64,000 nucleotides of DNA from an uncultured Dehalococcoidales bacterium (GCA_964437795.1 CAYTIC010000001.1:86864-150863); one strand, 5' to 3'; positions 28,496 to 38,923 are shown, counted from the stretch's first letter. A program made the numbers and translations. The notes: generated from the letters alone by a model not told the origin.

Positions 28496-29602
28496 TTATT
28501 TCACTTTGATCCTTCGTTTGGCATCAATCCCCATCAGTTTGGCCAGGTTAAGGCCGAATATCTTCCGGCGGTCTTCCTCAGTAATCGCCGGATAGCCGTA
28601 ATCCTTCTGCATGTCTTCAGGAATTTGAAATTCTCTCAATCCTTTAACCGCCACGCCCATTTGAACTGAAAATCCAGCGTAATCCGTGCCCCAAATAATC
28701 TTGTCGGGGCCAACCCAGCGCAACGCCTCACCGATAATCCTGGCGAATTTCCGCGGCTGTACTATGGCCCATGGTATTAAGAGCGAAAGGCAAGGATACA
28801 CGTTGGGATGCCCCATGGCCACCATGTTTAAGTCATCACAATACGGATAGCCCATATGGAACGCAACGATCTTCAGATTCGTGAAATCACGTGCCACGTC
28901 ATCGAGTTGGATGGGTAGGGCATACTTGCTCTTGCCAGGCGGGACCCAGCAAAAGCCCGTATGGATATCGAGCACAATGCCAAGTTCCTCAGCTTTCTGA
29001 TAGAACGGCCACAAATCTGGATCATTGATATAAGTGTCCTCAGGAGGATAAAACTTGAAAATCTTGGCGCCTTTTTCCTTAACCCAGTATTCGAGGTCCC
29101 AGATGGCGTTTTTAACTCCCCTGTGCTTTATTGGAGAAACATTTGGCTGGTACATGAACCTGTCAGGGTTAGATTCAACCACCTTGGCCATATCGCCGTT
29201 GGTCATCCAGCGGCTGCTGTACCCCGTCGTATCCATCATCGCCTCCGGCAGTAAACAGCCTATGTCCACGCCATACTTGTCCATCGAACGCAGCAGACTG
29301 GCAGGATCGGCGTTCTTTTCAATTTCCCATGGCTCGATCTCCTGAACTATTTCCGCAGGAGCTCCAGACATCAGAGGTCGGCCGATGCTCTCGATGGCTT
29401 TCCACCACATTTTCACGCCGGGATAATGATTGATTGGCCCCATATCGCCAATCAGATGTGATTCCGGATCAATTTTAAAATAATTGTCTTTTTCTACCTG
29501 TTTTGCTGCCACGTGTTCCTCCTTATAATTGCTTGATTTATTTAGCAATTGTTCGGCATAATTTCCCGTTGACACACCGGCATTTCTATACCGGTGTGTC
29601 AA
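28496..29602 (-). CDS. amidohydrolase-family (TIM-barrel metal hydrolase) protein
   Basis: 368 aa with amidohydrolase_2-like composition (HTGF...D motifs). Confidence 0.6.
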   Translation of the reverse strand: MTHRYRNAGVSTGNYAEQLLNKSSNYKEEHVAAKQVEKDNYFKIDPESHLIGDMGPINHYPGVKMWWKAIESIGRPLMSGAPAEIVQEIEPWEIEKNADPASLLRSMDKYGVDIGCLLPEAMMDTTGYSSRWMTNGDMAKVVESNPDRFMYQPNVSPIKHRGVKNAIWDLEYWVKEKGAKIFKFYPPEDTYINDPDLWPFYQKAEELGIVLDIHTGFCWVPPGKSKYALPIQLDDVARDFTNLKIVAFHMGYPYCDDLNMVAMGHPNVYPCLSLLIPWAIVQPRKFARIIGEALRWVGPDKIIWGTDYAGFSVQMGVAVKGLREFQIPEDMQKDYGYPAITEEDRRKIFGLNLAKLMGIDAKRRIKVK

Positions 29603-29611
29603 GCGGATAGG

Positions 29612-30886
29612 CTACATATGGAAAGGTGGGGGTGGGGGAGGTAATTTAGCATAAGTATGAGGCACTACAGGTCCGACCCTCCTCTTGGGGAACAATTCCG
29701 GGTCATATTGTTCGTAGCCAAGTTCGGGATTGACCGAGCATCTCGGGGGATTGCCTACAACCGTGATCAGACACATGCAGTCTCTTTTACACTCAGCTAC
29801 TTTCTTGCCCGCTTTAACTTTATTCGGCCAATCTGGATCGGCCAGTGCCTGTCTGCCCAGCGATATCATGTCGCAAGCACCTTCGGACAAGGCTTTTTCG
29901 GCAACGTCCAGATTATTGACACCGGGGACAATGACCGGTATTTTAAGTACTGATTTAATTTCCTTTGCTTCCTTGAGAAGATGTTCTTCTACATGCTTGA
30001 TTGAACCCGGGGCGAAATAGTCGAGCGCCTCGTATGATCCGTCTGACAAATGGAGATAGGCAACGCCCAATTCTTCCACTTTCTTGGCCACGATTTTGAC
30101 TTCGTCTATCGTGATACCATCGGGCATGTGTTCCTGTGCGCTCATCCGTATGCCAACCGGCACGGCATCGCCCACGGCCGTGATCGCAGCTTGAGTGACC
30201 TCCAGCAGGAACCTCATCCGGTTTTCCAGGGAACCGCCGTACATATCGGTCCTCTTGTTGGAGCGGGGAGACAGGAATTGGTGTTCCAGGTAACCGTGGG
30301 GCGCATGGATCTCGATGCCGTCAAAACCAGCATAGACGGCCCTTCTGCAGGCCATGCCATACTCGTACACTTCTCTCTTGATCTCCTCGATCGTCATTTC
30401 CCTGGGGACCGGATTGTGTTGAGATATCTCCGCAACAACGCCAGGCATAGTTAGCAGGAAATCCACCATTTTCTTAGGCATTCTCTCTGGTGTCATTTCC
30501 ATAGGTATACGGGAAGGTGCCGGTGACGGCGATTTATCCAGTGCATGCCCCTGCCTGCCGAACCCGATGCTCAACTGGCAAAATATCTTGGCTCCAAAGT
30601 TGTGAACGGCCTGCGTCATCATGTACAGGCCGGGAACGAAGGACTCGTCATATAATAAAAGATTACGGTGATATACGTAGGGGGCCGCCAGCTTTGTTGC
30701 AATCACTGCGCCCGTAATAATCAGGCCAAAGCCGCCCTTCGCCCTGCGCGCAAGGTGCGCCATATCCTGCTGTGTGGCATACCCATCCTGCGTGGAATAT
30801 GTCATGTTCATAGGGGCCAGTGCAATCCGGTTGGGAATTTCCACATGCCTGATATGGATTGGATCAAAAAGTCCTTTCTCTGCCAT
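29612..30886 (-). CDS. Old Yellow Enzyme-family NADH:flavin oxidoreductase / ene-reductase (2,4-dienoyl-CoA reductase-like N-domain)
   Basis: The start was moved to the internal ATG at 30886, which has a GAGAGG RBS 6 nt upstream. OYE motifs are present (HAAHGYL-like HAPHGYLEHQF, PMNMTY). Confidence 0.75.
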   Translation of the reverse strand: MAEKGLFDPIHIRHVEIPNRIALAPMNMTYSTQDGYATQQDMAHLARRAKGGFGLIITGAVIATKLAAPYVYHRNLLLYDESFVPGLYMMTQAVHNFGAKIFCQLSIGFGRQGHALDKSPSPAPSRIPMEMTPERMPKKMVDFLLTMPGVVAEISQHNPVPREMTIEEIKREVYEYGMACRRAVYAGFDGIEIHAPHGYLEHQFLSPRSNKRTDMYGGSLENRMRFLLEVTQAAITAVGDAVPVGIRMSAQEHMPDGITIDEVKIVAKKVEELGVAYLHLSDGSYEALDYFAPGSIKHVEEHLLKEAKEIKSVLKIPVIVPGVNNLDVAEKALSEGACDMISLGRQALADPDWPNKVKAGKKVAECKRDCMCLITVVGNPPRCSVNPELGYEQYDPELFPKRRVGPVVPHTYAKLPPPPPPFHM

Positions 30887-30950
30887 TTGTAACCTCTCAA
30901 AATTTCTTAATATTATTGATATAGATAAATTTAGCACCGATTGCGATATA

Positions 30951-31367
30951 CTATGCGCTTGTTTGCGGCTTGAAAACGGGCAGGCTGATTAAATCAGTGC
31001 AATCCCTGAAAGTTACCTCCACATCCATGCCTATTTTTACGTCTTCCGGCTTGCACTCAACTATGTTGGTCATCATATGAATGCCTTCTTTCAGTTCAAC
31101 TATAGCCAATACATAGGGAAGATCAGGTGCAAAGACCGGCTCAACGCCACCCATCGTAACCGTCATTGCATGGACCTTGCCCCTTCCGCTGACTTCTTCC
31201 CAATCAAGGTTGCTGGACCAGCAGTAAGGACACACCTTGCGAGGATAAAAGATCAGCTTGCCGCAGTCACTGCATTTCTGCATGACCAGTCTGTGCTGTT
31301 TGGTTGCTTCCCAGAACTTCTTGCTCCATGGAGTAATCTCCGGAAGCGGCTTGGTATATGTATTCAT
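30951..31367 (-). CDS. DUF35-type Zn-ribbon/OB-fold protein (thiolase partner)
   Basis: 138 aa with a CxxC...CxxC ribbon (CSDCGKLIFYPRKVCPYC) plus an OB fold. Overlaps the thiolase gene by 4 nt. Confidence 0.75.
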   Translation of the reverse strand: MNTYTKPLPEITPWSKKFWEATKQHRLVMQKCSDCGKLIFYPRKVCPYCWSSNLDWEEVSGRGKVHAMTVTMGGVEPVFAPDLPYVLAIVELKEGIHMMTNIVECKPEDVKIGMDVEVTFRDCTDLISLPVFKPQTSA

Positions 31368-32545
31368 TTAAGGTCCCTCCCAAATATCTCAATAATCATA
31401 TTCATGCCTGATCCGCCAGAACAGTTCATCAGTACGTGTTTGCAGTTCTTAACCTGCCGTTCACCGGCCTTACCCATCAGCTGGCGCGCAGTTTCCACCA
31501 GGTAGGCAAAACCTACGCCAGAACCCGTGTGACCGCGGGACAGGGCGTCACCGATGGTAGAGCACGGCAGCTTCCCTCCCGGCCAGGTATTGCCTTCCGC
31601 AATGAAACGCACGGCTTCCTTGCCATCCTTGCACACGCCAAGAGCCTCCAGTAGAACGGGCATAAGGATCGGATACGCGCAGTAAAGTTCCAGTATGTTC
31701 ATATCCTTGATCGTAAGCCCAGCCTGTTTGAATGCATCCTGGGCAGCCTGCTTAGACTGCATTAACATCGTGTCATCGGTTCGCTGGGTCATTGTTGCCT
31801 GTAAATAGCGGGCGCCTTCTCCAAGTTTATACACAGGTGTCTTGCAGATCCTTTTCGCTATCTCGGGTGAAGTTACAATCAGTGCCCCACCGCCGTCAGC
31901 CAGCATATTGCACTCCATAGAATGCAATGGTGTGCTGATCATCTTGGTTGACAGCACCTTCTCCACGGTCAGTGGTTTGCGGTACATGGCATTGGGGTCG
32001 AGCTCTGCCCACTTCCTGAAGGCCACAGGAATTGAGGCCATCTCTTCGGCTGTTATGCCATAGTGTTGCATAAAACGGGCCGTATTCATGGCCACCATGC
32101 CGTTATATGTGGTGCCAAAGGGATATTCCCATTCCATGGACATCCCGGCTGTGGCAAAGGTATGGATAGTCACGTTGGGGTCAATGCTGGTGTACTTTGA
32201 AGCATGCATGATCAGAACAATCCTGGCGATGCCGTTGGTTATCCAGTGTTCCGCCATTCTGAGCAGGTTGGCGGATGTTGAACCTCCCCCATTCACTGTT
32301 ACCATGTCCCGGCATCCTTTAAACCCCAGCTCCTCCGGCAGCTTGCCAAAGACCAGTTCGGAGTCAAGCTTGGGCTGGCCTACTGCCGGTGAACAGATGA
32401 CTCCTTCTATCTCATTTTTATTAATTCCGGCGTCATTGACAGCTTGCATGCACGAGTCATAGATAATGTCCCATTCATGCCGCTCGGGATACCACCCCGT
32501 AGGAACCTCACCTATGCCTACAATTGCTATTTTGCCTTTACTCAT
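31364..32545 (-). CDS. SCP-x/nonspecific-lipid-transfer-type thiolase
   Basis: 393 aa thiolase fold with the typical DUF35 partner downstream. Confidence 0.7.
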   Translation of the reverse strand: MSKGKIAIVGIGEVPTGWYPERHEWDIIYDSCMQAVNDAGINKNEIEGVICSPAVGQPKLDSELVFGKLPEELGFKGCRDMVTVNGGGSTSANLLRMAEHWITNGIARIVLIMHASKYTSIDPNVTIHTFATAGMSMEWEYPFGTTYNGMVAMNTARFMQHYGITAEEMASIPVAFRKWAELDPNAMYRKPLTVEKVLSTKMISTPLHSMECNMLADGGGALIVTSPEIAKRICKTPVYKLGEGARYLQATMTQRTDDTMLMQSKQAAQDAFKQAGLTIKDMNILELYCAYPILMPVLLEALGVCKDGKEAVRFIAEGNTWPGGKLPCSTIGDALSRGHTGSGVGFAYLVETARQLMGKAGERQVKNCKHVLMNCSGGSGMNMIIEIFGRDLK

Positions 32546-32611
32546 AAATCACGATCCTCCATTTAATAATCTATTGCATGATTACTTCGTTAGCCTGCTG
32601 AAATTACCTCA

Positions 32612-33430
32612 CTATTTGGCCTTCCATACCGGCTGTCTTTTCTCCATGAAGGCTATAGGGCCCTCAACAGCGTCCTCGGTCCCCGCGACAAGACTGCCAG
32701 CCGACCTTTCCAGCGCTAATGCAGCATCGATGTCGGCAATTTCAATACAATTGTTAAAAACCATCTTTGCCATCCTGACCGCCACCGGCGATTCGCCGGC
32801 TATCTTTTTGGCTATTTCCATTACGGTCTTTTCCAGTTCACTGAAGGGTACAACCTTGTTTACAATCCCCAGTTCAAGCGCCTCGTGCGCTGTAATGCGC
32901 CCGGCAGTGAGCAGAAGCTCCTTGGCCTTACGCACCGGCATCGACCGGGCAAAACGCACGATTCCACCCGACCCCGGCAGGATACCCAGGCCCACCTCGG
33001 TGATGCCAAACATGGCATTCTCTGAAGCTATGATGAAGTCACATGCCAACGCATATTCGAGGCCGCCGGCATAGCAGTAACCGTTTACAGCCGCGATGAT
33101 CGGTTTTTCCATCCTCTCCATCAGTCGGTGCGATTCATAACACACGTTGCGCAGATAATTGTAAGTGCCTAAAGATGTACCTATTCCCTCAAATGGAATA
33201 GAAAAATCCTGCCCCGAGGAGAACGCTTTGTCACCACTGCCCGTCAAAATGACGACCCTCGTCCCGCTATCGGCCTGGGCGTCAAGCAGGCATTCACGCA
33301 ACTCGATAAGCATCGGCGCATGCATAGCATTACGCCTTTGCGGGTTGTTGAAAACAATGCGGGCGATGAAATCCTTCTTCTCATAGATTATGTACTTGTA
33401 ATTAGCTTCAGCCATTTTGACCTCCATCAA
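32612..33430 (-). CDS. enoyl-CoA hydratase/isomerase (crotonase family)
   Basis: Crotonase motifs (AAVNGYCYAGGLEYALACDF). Confidence 0.85.
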   Translation of the reverse strand: MMEVKMAEANYKYIIYEKKDFIARIVFNNPQRRNAMHAPMLIELRECLLDAQADSGTRVVILTGSGDKAFSSGQDFSIPFEGIGTSLGTYNYLRNVCYESHRLMERMEKPIIAAVNGYCYAGGLEYALACDFIIASENAMFGITEVGLGILPGSGGIVRFARSMPVRKAKELLLTAGRITAHEALELGIVNKVVPFSELEKTVMEIAKKIAGESPVAVRMAKMVFNNCIEIADIDAALALERSAGSLVAGTEDAVEGPIAFMEKRQPVWKAK

Positions 33431-33442
33431 TGTAACTAATAC

Positions 33443-34606
33443 TTAAAAGGATCTCGGCAGCCCCATCAGTTCACCGATGAAATTGCGGGCCATCTCGTTG
33501 CTGATCGGTGCGAAGGTGAACTGACGGGCGTCACGGAAGTAGCGTTGTATATCGCTCTCCGCCATCACGCCGGCGCCCGCGAAAATCTCCATGGCATTGG
33601 TCGTAGTCTTAACAGCGGCCTCAGACGCGCACACCTTGGCGGCTGCAGCTTCGAAATAGCATGGCTGATCCTTTGCAAACAACCATGCCGCTTTGTAGGT
33701 CATCAGCCTGGCAAGCTCGATCTCGATCGACATGTCGGCAAGCCAGTGCTGCAACACCTGGAATTGTCCGATAGGCTTGCCGAAGGCAGTCCTGGTCTTG
33801 GCATAATCCAGGGCAAGTTCAAACGCACCCTGGGCAAGGCCCACTGTCGTGGCCGCACAGACGATCCGTTCGGGATTTAGCAGTGTAATCAACTGGAAGA
33901 ACCCGTTGTTGAGTTGCCCCAGCAGGTTCTCTTTAGGCACCCTGACATCTGTGAAAAATACTTCATTGGCGCCTGAACCCCGCATACTGATTTTATGCAG
34001 CGGACGAATCTCGACACCCGGGCTCTTGAGATCTATGATCAGAAGTGACATTGCGCGATGCCGTTTGGCAGCATCTTTATTTGTGATCACCAGGGTCATA
34101 ATATAAGGTGCCACATGTGCTCCTGTGATGTATATCTTTTGACCATTTACTACAAAGTTATCACTGTCTTCTACGGCCGTGGTCCTTAAAGCGCCCAGCA
34201 AATCTGTCCCACCGCCCGGCTCGGTGAGACCGATGCAGAAACCTGTTTCAGCTTTGGCCATCTTTGGCAGGTATTCTTTCTTCTGCTTTTCATTTCCGTG
34301 GGCCTCAATCAGCCGGACGAACATGCCGCCGCCCAGGCCAAATGCTGCGGCCGGAGAACGGCGGCTCACCTCTTCGATGATGATAATCTCATCGACGAAA
34401 TCCCCCCCGGTCCCGCCATACTCGCCTGGGAGCTGGCAAGAGGTAAGGCCTAATTCAGCAGCCTTGAGGTGTATTTGATACGGCATCCAGGACATGCTTT
34501 CATCGGCATCCCACTTGCGGACAAATTCGATTGGCAGCTCACGATCGACGAACTCGCGCACGGTTGCGCGCAACATCTTTTGGGCTTCACTGAATTCAAA
34601 ATCCAT
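33443..34606 (-). CDS. acyl-CoA dehydrogenase
   Basis: 387 aa ACAD fold with the C-terminal catalytic region (QIFAGAGVMAE...). Confidence 0.9.
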   Translation of the reverse strand: MDFEFSEAQKMLRATVREFVDRELPIEFVRKWDADESMSWMPYQIHLKAAELGLTSCQLPGEYGGTGGDFVDEIIIIEEVSRRSPAAAFGLGGGMFVRLIEAHGNEKQKKEYLPKMAKAETGFCIGLTEPGGGTDLLGALRTTAVEDSDNFVVNGQKIYITGAHVAPYIMTLVITNKDAAKRHRAMSLLIIDLKSPGVEIRPLHKISMRGSGANEVFFTDVRVPKENLLGQLNNGFFQLITLLNPERIVCAATTVGLAQGAFELALDYAKTRTAFGKPIGQFQVLQHWLADMSIEIELARLMTYKAAWLFAKDQPCYFEAAAAKVCASEAAVKTTTNAMEIFAGAGVMAESDIQRYFRDARQFTFAPISNEMARNFIGELMGLPRSF

Positions 34607-34654
34607 TTTTCTCCTTTATACAACTATAAATGTGAGCAACTAAAAAGGGCCGCA

Positions 34655-36253
34655 TTATTGTTTGACTGGCTTGGCCTTGTATTTCTCCCTCACATCTTTG
34701 CGCAGCAATTTGCCCACCGCGGTCTTGGGGAGAGGATCCGGACTGAACTCGATGATTTTGGGACATTTATAGCCGGCCAGGTGCCTCCTGGTAAAATCAA
34801 TAATCTCTTTTTTTAATTCCAGCTCTTTGCCTTTGTATTTATTACTATAGTCTGTCTTCAGATAGATTTCTGCCAATACCTTTTCACCCCACTCCAGGTC
34901 CGGCACCCCGATCACGATTGCTTCTGAAACCGCGGGGTGCTTGTACAAAACATCCTCCACCTCAAACGGGTAAACCTTTTCCCCGCCGCTTTTTATCATA
35001 TCCGAAGCCCGGTCGGCCAGATATATAAACCCGTCCTCGTCAAAACTGCCTATATCTCCTGTATAATACCAGTCTCCTTTTTTTACTTTCCTGGTTTTAG
35101 CTTGATCTTTCCAGTATTCCTTCATGGTTGACTTGCTTTTAACTATGACTTCGCCGATCTCTCCCGTTTTGCATTCATTGCCCTTGTCATCCACGATCTT
35201 TATCTCGCTGACGAGGGAAGGCCTGCCAACCGATTTAAGCCTGCGTAACTCTTTTTCTGTCCCCTCAATCACGTGATCCTTAGCCAGAAAGGTAGTCCAG
35301 GGTCCACCCTCGGTTGCACCATAACCCTGCGCAAGGATTCTTCCAAATTTCCGAATACACTGCTTGAGTACTTCGGAAGGCATGGGGGCACCGGCATAAG
35401 AGAAGGACGTAATACTGCTGAGATCATATTTATCAATGTCGGGGTCGTTGACAAGCCAAAAATACACGGTGAGCACAGCATTCATATGGGTAATCTTTTC
35501 CTTTTGGATCGCTTCAAAAATCTTCTTAAGATCAGGACGGTTGACCATAACGACCTTATCACCGGTGAAGTGGAGAGTCAGTATTGGCCATAACGAAATA
35601 TGGAAAGCAGGTAAAATAAAAAGGGTAGCGTCATCATCGCTTGTAGCTATGCCGGTTTTCAGGTTACTGAGGACGCATCCCAATGTATAGGTCATAAGAC
35701 TACGATGCGTTAAAACTGCCCCCTTGGGTAATCCGGTGGTTCCCCCGGTATACATGAGCATGGCAGTATCGCTTTCTTTTATAGCAACCTTGGGTTCTTC
35801 GGGTGATCCCTTTTCAACCAGGTCCTCATAGGAAATCATGCCCGGGACCTTGTCAACGGCGCTGATGTAATATTTGATATTGTTCAAAGCCGGCTTTAGA
35901 GCCTCTACCGTATCTTTGTACTCAGGGCCGATAATCAGGCCGACGGAATCGGAATGGAGGATGATGTGTTGAAGCTCGCTGGGATGCAATCTGAAATTTA
36001 AAGGTACAGGAATTATGCCTGTCTTTGCCATGGCATAGTAGAGCTCTACAAACCTGTGGCAGTTCTCCATCAATATGGCAACGTGGTCACCCTTATTCAG
36101 TCCCATACCTTTCAAAGAGTTCGCAAGCCGGTTAATCCTCTCGTTAAATTGTTTCCAGGTATACCTTACTTCACCATAACCGGAGCACACCATGCAGATT
36201 TTATTCGGGTCTAGCCTGGACCACCTGGTTGGGATGTCACCAAGTATTTCCAT
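34655..36253 (-). CDS. AMP-dependent acyl-CoA synthetase/ligase
   Basis: Motifs YTGGTTGLPKG and GYGATE. 532 aa. Confidence 0.85.
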   Translation of the reverse strand: MEILGDIPTRWSRLDPNKICMVCSGYGEVRYTWKQFNERINRLANSLKGMGLNKGDHVAILMENCHRFVELYYAMAKTGIIPVPLNFRLHPSELQHIILHSDSVGLIIGPEYKDTVEALKPALNNIKYYISAVDKVPGMISYEDLVEKGSPEEPKVAIKESDTAMLMYTGGTTGLPKGAVLTHRSLMTYTLGCVLSNLKTGIATSDDDATLFILPAFHISLWPILTLHFTGDKVVMVNRPDLKKIFEAIQKEKITHMNAVLTVYFWLVNDPDIDKYDLSSITSFSYAGAPMPSEVLKQCIRKFGRILAQGYGATEGGPWTTFLAKDHVIEGTEKELRRLKSVGRPSLVSEIKIVDDKGNECKTGEIGEVIVKSKSTMKEYWKDQAKTRKVKKGDWYYTGDIGSFDEDGFIYLADRASDMIKSGGEKVYPFEVEDVLYKHPAVSEAIVIGVPDLEWGEKVLAEIYLKTDYSNKYKGKELELKKEIIDFTRRHLAGYKCPKIIEFSPDPLPKTAVGKLLRKDVREKYKAKPVKQ

Positions 36254-36404
36254 TACATTACCTCCACATTATTCATTGCTATTTGATCTGGCCGCCTCAG
36301 TTAAATGTATCTATACCGTTACCCGATTCAATATGACAATTTTCCGCTTCCACATATATAACAACAAGCCACCCAAAGCTTGAGTTAAACCTGATTTTAG
36401 TTTC

Positions 36405-36965
36405 TTATTTTTTCGGCCTGATAGATCTGTGAGGTTCCTTAAAACCTGATATCTGCCGCATAGCCTCTTCCGCCCATTCCAGGAAAAGCTTATCCTGCTT
36501 TATCGCCAGATCACCGATAAGCAGCCAATAGAGTACGTCCAATTCGCTGCCTTTCAAGTTTTTCTCTATCGCAATGGTAGCTTCTGTCTCATAATATTGA
36601 ACTTCATTTTTAATCTGTGCAGCATAGGATCTTATGTTCGCAATCATATATTTTTTGTCGACACGACTTGCATACCACATTTGCATCAAATGGGGTTCAC
36701 GACTTGCCTCCACCTTCATAGGGGTTTTCAACCACTTCTCCAGTACACTACGTCCCGACTTTGTAATATGAAAAACATTTTTATCTGGATATTTCTTTTG
36801 ATTAACCCGCTTGTACTCCACCAACCCGTCCTCTGCCATCCCATTAAGTTGCCTGTATACAATACTTAACGTAGGCCTGACTGTTTTAAAAAACATCTTG
36901 TGAAGCTGATATCCTGATTTTGGCCCATAGCTCAGAAACCCCAGTAATCCATGTTTCAACGACAT
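36405..36965 (-). CDS. PadR-family transcriptional regulator
   Basis: 186 aa with an N-terminal PadR wHTH (GLLGFLSYGPKSGYQL). Confidence 0.75.
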   Translation of the reverse strand: MSLKHGLLGFLSYGPKSGYQLHKMFFKTVRPTLSIVYRQLNGMAEDGLVEYKRVNQKKYPDKNVFHITKSGRSVLEKWLKTPMKVEASREPHLMQMWYASRVDKKYMIANIRSYAAQIKNEVQYYETEATIAIEKNLKGSELDVLYWLLIGDLAIKQDKLFLEWAEEAMRQISGFKEPHRSIRPKK

Positions 36966-36992
36966 ATTAATCTCTCACCAGTTAAATTCTTA

Positions 36993-37022
36993 GTTCAGTA
37001 CTGTACTAGTACAGTACTGAAC
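36993..37022. promoter_or_regulatory. 30-bp perfect palindrome GTTCAGTACTGTACTAGTACAGTACTGAAC, 28 bp upstream of the PadR start. Candidate PadR operator.
   Basis: The inverted repeat was read directly from the sequence. It sits in the promoter region of the PadR/acyl-CoA ligase transcription unit. Confidence 0.5.
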
Positions 37023-37327
37023 ATATACTACTACTGTTAAATTTTGTTGTCAAGTCCATTCATTATGTTTATTAGGCGGGTACGGGGGTACTTCTTGACG
37101 CTGTTTTTCAGCTTTGATATATTGGCGAGTTTTACGGTTGTTCCACTTCTGGGGGATGCTTCATTTCCATGCAAAATAAAGCCAAATACTTGCCCCACAG
37201 GCAAGTGTGCTAAAATTAGGCAAGTAAAGTGATGGGAGGGCTGAAAACAGCGACAACCTGCCTGCTTGAATTTTCAGGCGTTTTTTTCGGATTATTACGA
37301 TCAAAATCGGTTTAAAATCGGGTTATT

Positions 37328-37373
37328 CCTTCCAAGCAGTGTGTCGCGGGTTCGAATCCCGTCTCCCGCTCCA
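37328..37373 (+). repeat. partial tRNA-Gly(TCC) 3' half (attR-type direct repeat of 27189-27234)
   Basis: 45/46 nt identical to the 3' half of the intact tRNA-Gly(TCC). Unrelated sequence lies upstream. Confidence 0.7.
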
Positions 37374-37457
37374 ACAGTTTCTAAATCTGCCCTGTGCGAC
37401 AGATAATTTATGTCTGAACACCCTGACCGAAAAGCTTCCTCCAATATTTTCAATATA

Positions 37458-38549
37458 CTAACCATAGAATCCGAAATCACTAATAGCCTTTGTCAGCATG
37501 TAGAAATTGTACGGCGGCGTTGACGGCGGCGTCTCACAGGCCGTCATGAGGATATACCCATTGGGAGCATCTTTGCCGGCCTGGATACATCCTTTAGCGG
37601 CCTGATAGACCTCATCGGCAGTCCCGCCGGCAACAAGTGACGTGCTGAGATTGCCGGCAATAATATGGTTTGAACCGAAGTATTTTATTCCATCCTCAAG
37701 GCTGACCTGCTGCCCCAGGCTGACGATACCGGGATCGCCCATAGGCACCTGGCTCCATAACGGCAGGTTCTTGTTCTGCTCTCCACATATATGGCATAAA
37801 ATATACTTAACGCCCAATCCCAGTATCTCCTTGTGCAGTTTATGCTGGTCGGGCAACACGAATTCTTCGAAATGTCGTGGCGATATAATGGAGTTGGCGG
37901 CAAGGGGTTCCCATATTTGCACCAGCAGTCGCTTTGTGCCGAAAACCTTGACCCATAGCCTGGCCGCGCTCAAGATATGATCGGCCGCCAGTTGCACAAC
38001 CCTGTGAACCGCTTCCGGCTCCTTGATGATCCACTTGCACAGATTTGTTACACCACAGATGTTGCCTGCCGTGGTAAATGCGCCGCCCACTACCAGGCTG
38101 ATAAGACAGCCCTGGCTTTCCTGTATTCTGGAAAACTCCAGCGCCTTTGGAAGACAGCCTGCTGTCTGCGGATCCGGAAGCCTGAGCTTATCTATGTCAT
38201 CAAGCGACTGTACAGGGTAGCGTTTACTTCGGGGCGATTGGACCGAATCGCTGTTCGGGAACTCAACTTCCCCGCCGAACTCGCTCGTCCCATAGACAGC
38301 ACTGCCGAAAAATGGATCCTGGTCGTATCCGTACATTTGCTGCGTCCAAAGCTGGGCATCGAAACTCCGCACAGGTTCGCTGTACACCGTACCTATAGGA
38401 TACCCGACGTTTTTAGCGCTGAAACCCAGTGAAAAGGGGAAAAAAGGCACACGGTCGATTTGTTTCCCGTTCAAAAGAGAGTTTACCCGTTCGATGGATG
38501 TCATTTTATCCCTGTTATTCATTAAATTCAGGCTAGTATCCATCAACAC
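37458..38549 (-). CDS. uroporphyrinogen-decarboxylase-fold (URO-D/MtaA-like) methyltransferase family protein
   Basis: 363 aa with URO-D-like composition (DRVPFFPF N-terminal motif). Function not assignable. Confidence 0.55.
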   Translation of the reverse strand: MLMDTSLNLMNNRDKMTSIERVNSLLNGKQIDRVPFFPFSLGFSAKNVGYPIGTVYSEPVRSFDAQLWTQQMYGYDQDPFFGSAVYGTSEFGGEVEFPNSDSVQSPRSKRYPVQSLDDIDKLRLPDPQTAGCLPKALEFSRIQESQGCLISLVVGGAFTTAGNICGVTNLCKWIIKEPEAVHRVVQLAADHILSAARLWVKVFGTKRLLVQIWEPLAANSIISPRHFEEFVLPDQHKLHKEILGLGVKYILCHICGEQNKNLPLWSQVPMGDPGIVSLGQQVSLEDGIKYFGSNHIIAGNLSTSLVAGGTADEVYQAAKGCIQAGKDAPNGYILMTACETPPSTPPYNFYMLTKAISDFGFYG

Positions 38550-38923
38550 CTCGCACTTGCTAATCTTATCTCAGCTTTATCCAATACATATTCTCTCAAA
38601 TGGGGCATTTTCTATCAATACTTAGGCCTATAAACTGCAGGAATAAACACTCTGCCCAACCAGCGATCAACCTTAATTTTATAGCTAACAAACCCGAGAC
38701 TATAACAGCTTTAAATGAATCCCGCATAAAACCCGGTAATCCTTGCTGCGCAAGGACTCTAATATTAGATACTGTCGGGTACACTGACTCTTTTGTGATT
38801 GCTGTATTCCAAGCGTATAATTCTAAATATCCGTTGATGACCCTGATTGATGCGGTTGGCGAAGTGCAAAACGAAGACAAAATATTCCCCTGAAATACAG
38901 TCTATATAGGAGGTTCAAAAACT

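Larger units (their letters stand above)
27235..37327. mobile_element. about 10.1 kb genomic island (no integrase present) inserted at tRNA-Gly(TCC), carrying an acyl-CoA catabolic gene cluster
   Basis: A 46-bp direct repeat of the tRNA 3' half (27189-27234 and 37328-37373, 45/46 identical). The interior has lower GC than the flanks. All cargo genes are on one strand. Confidence 0.5.
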
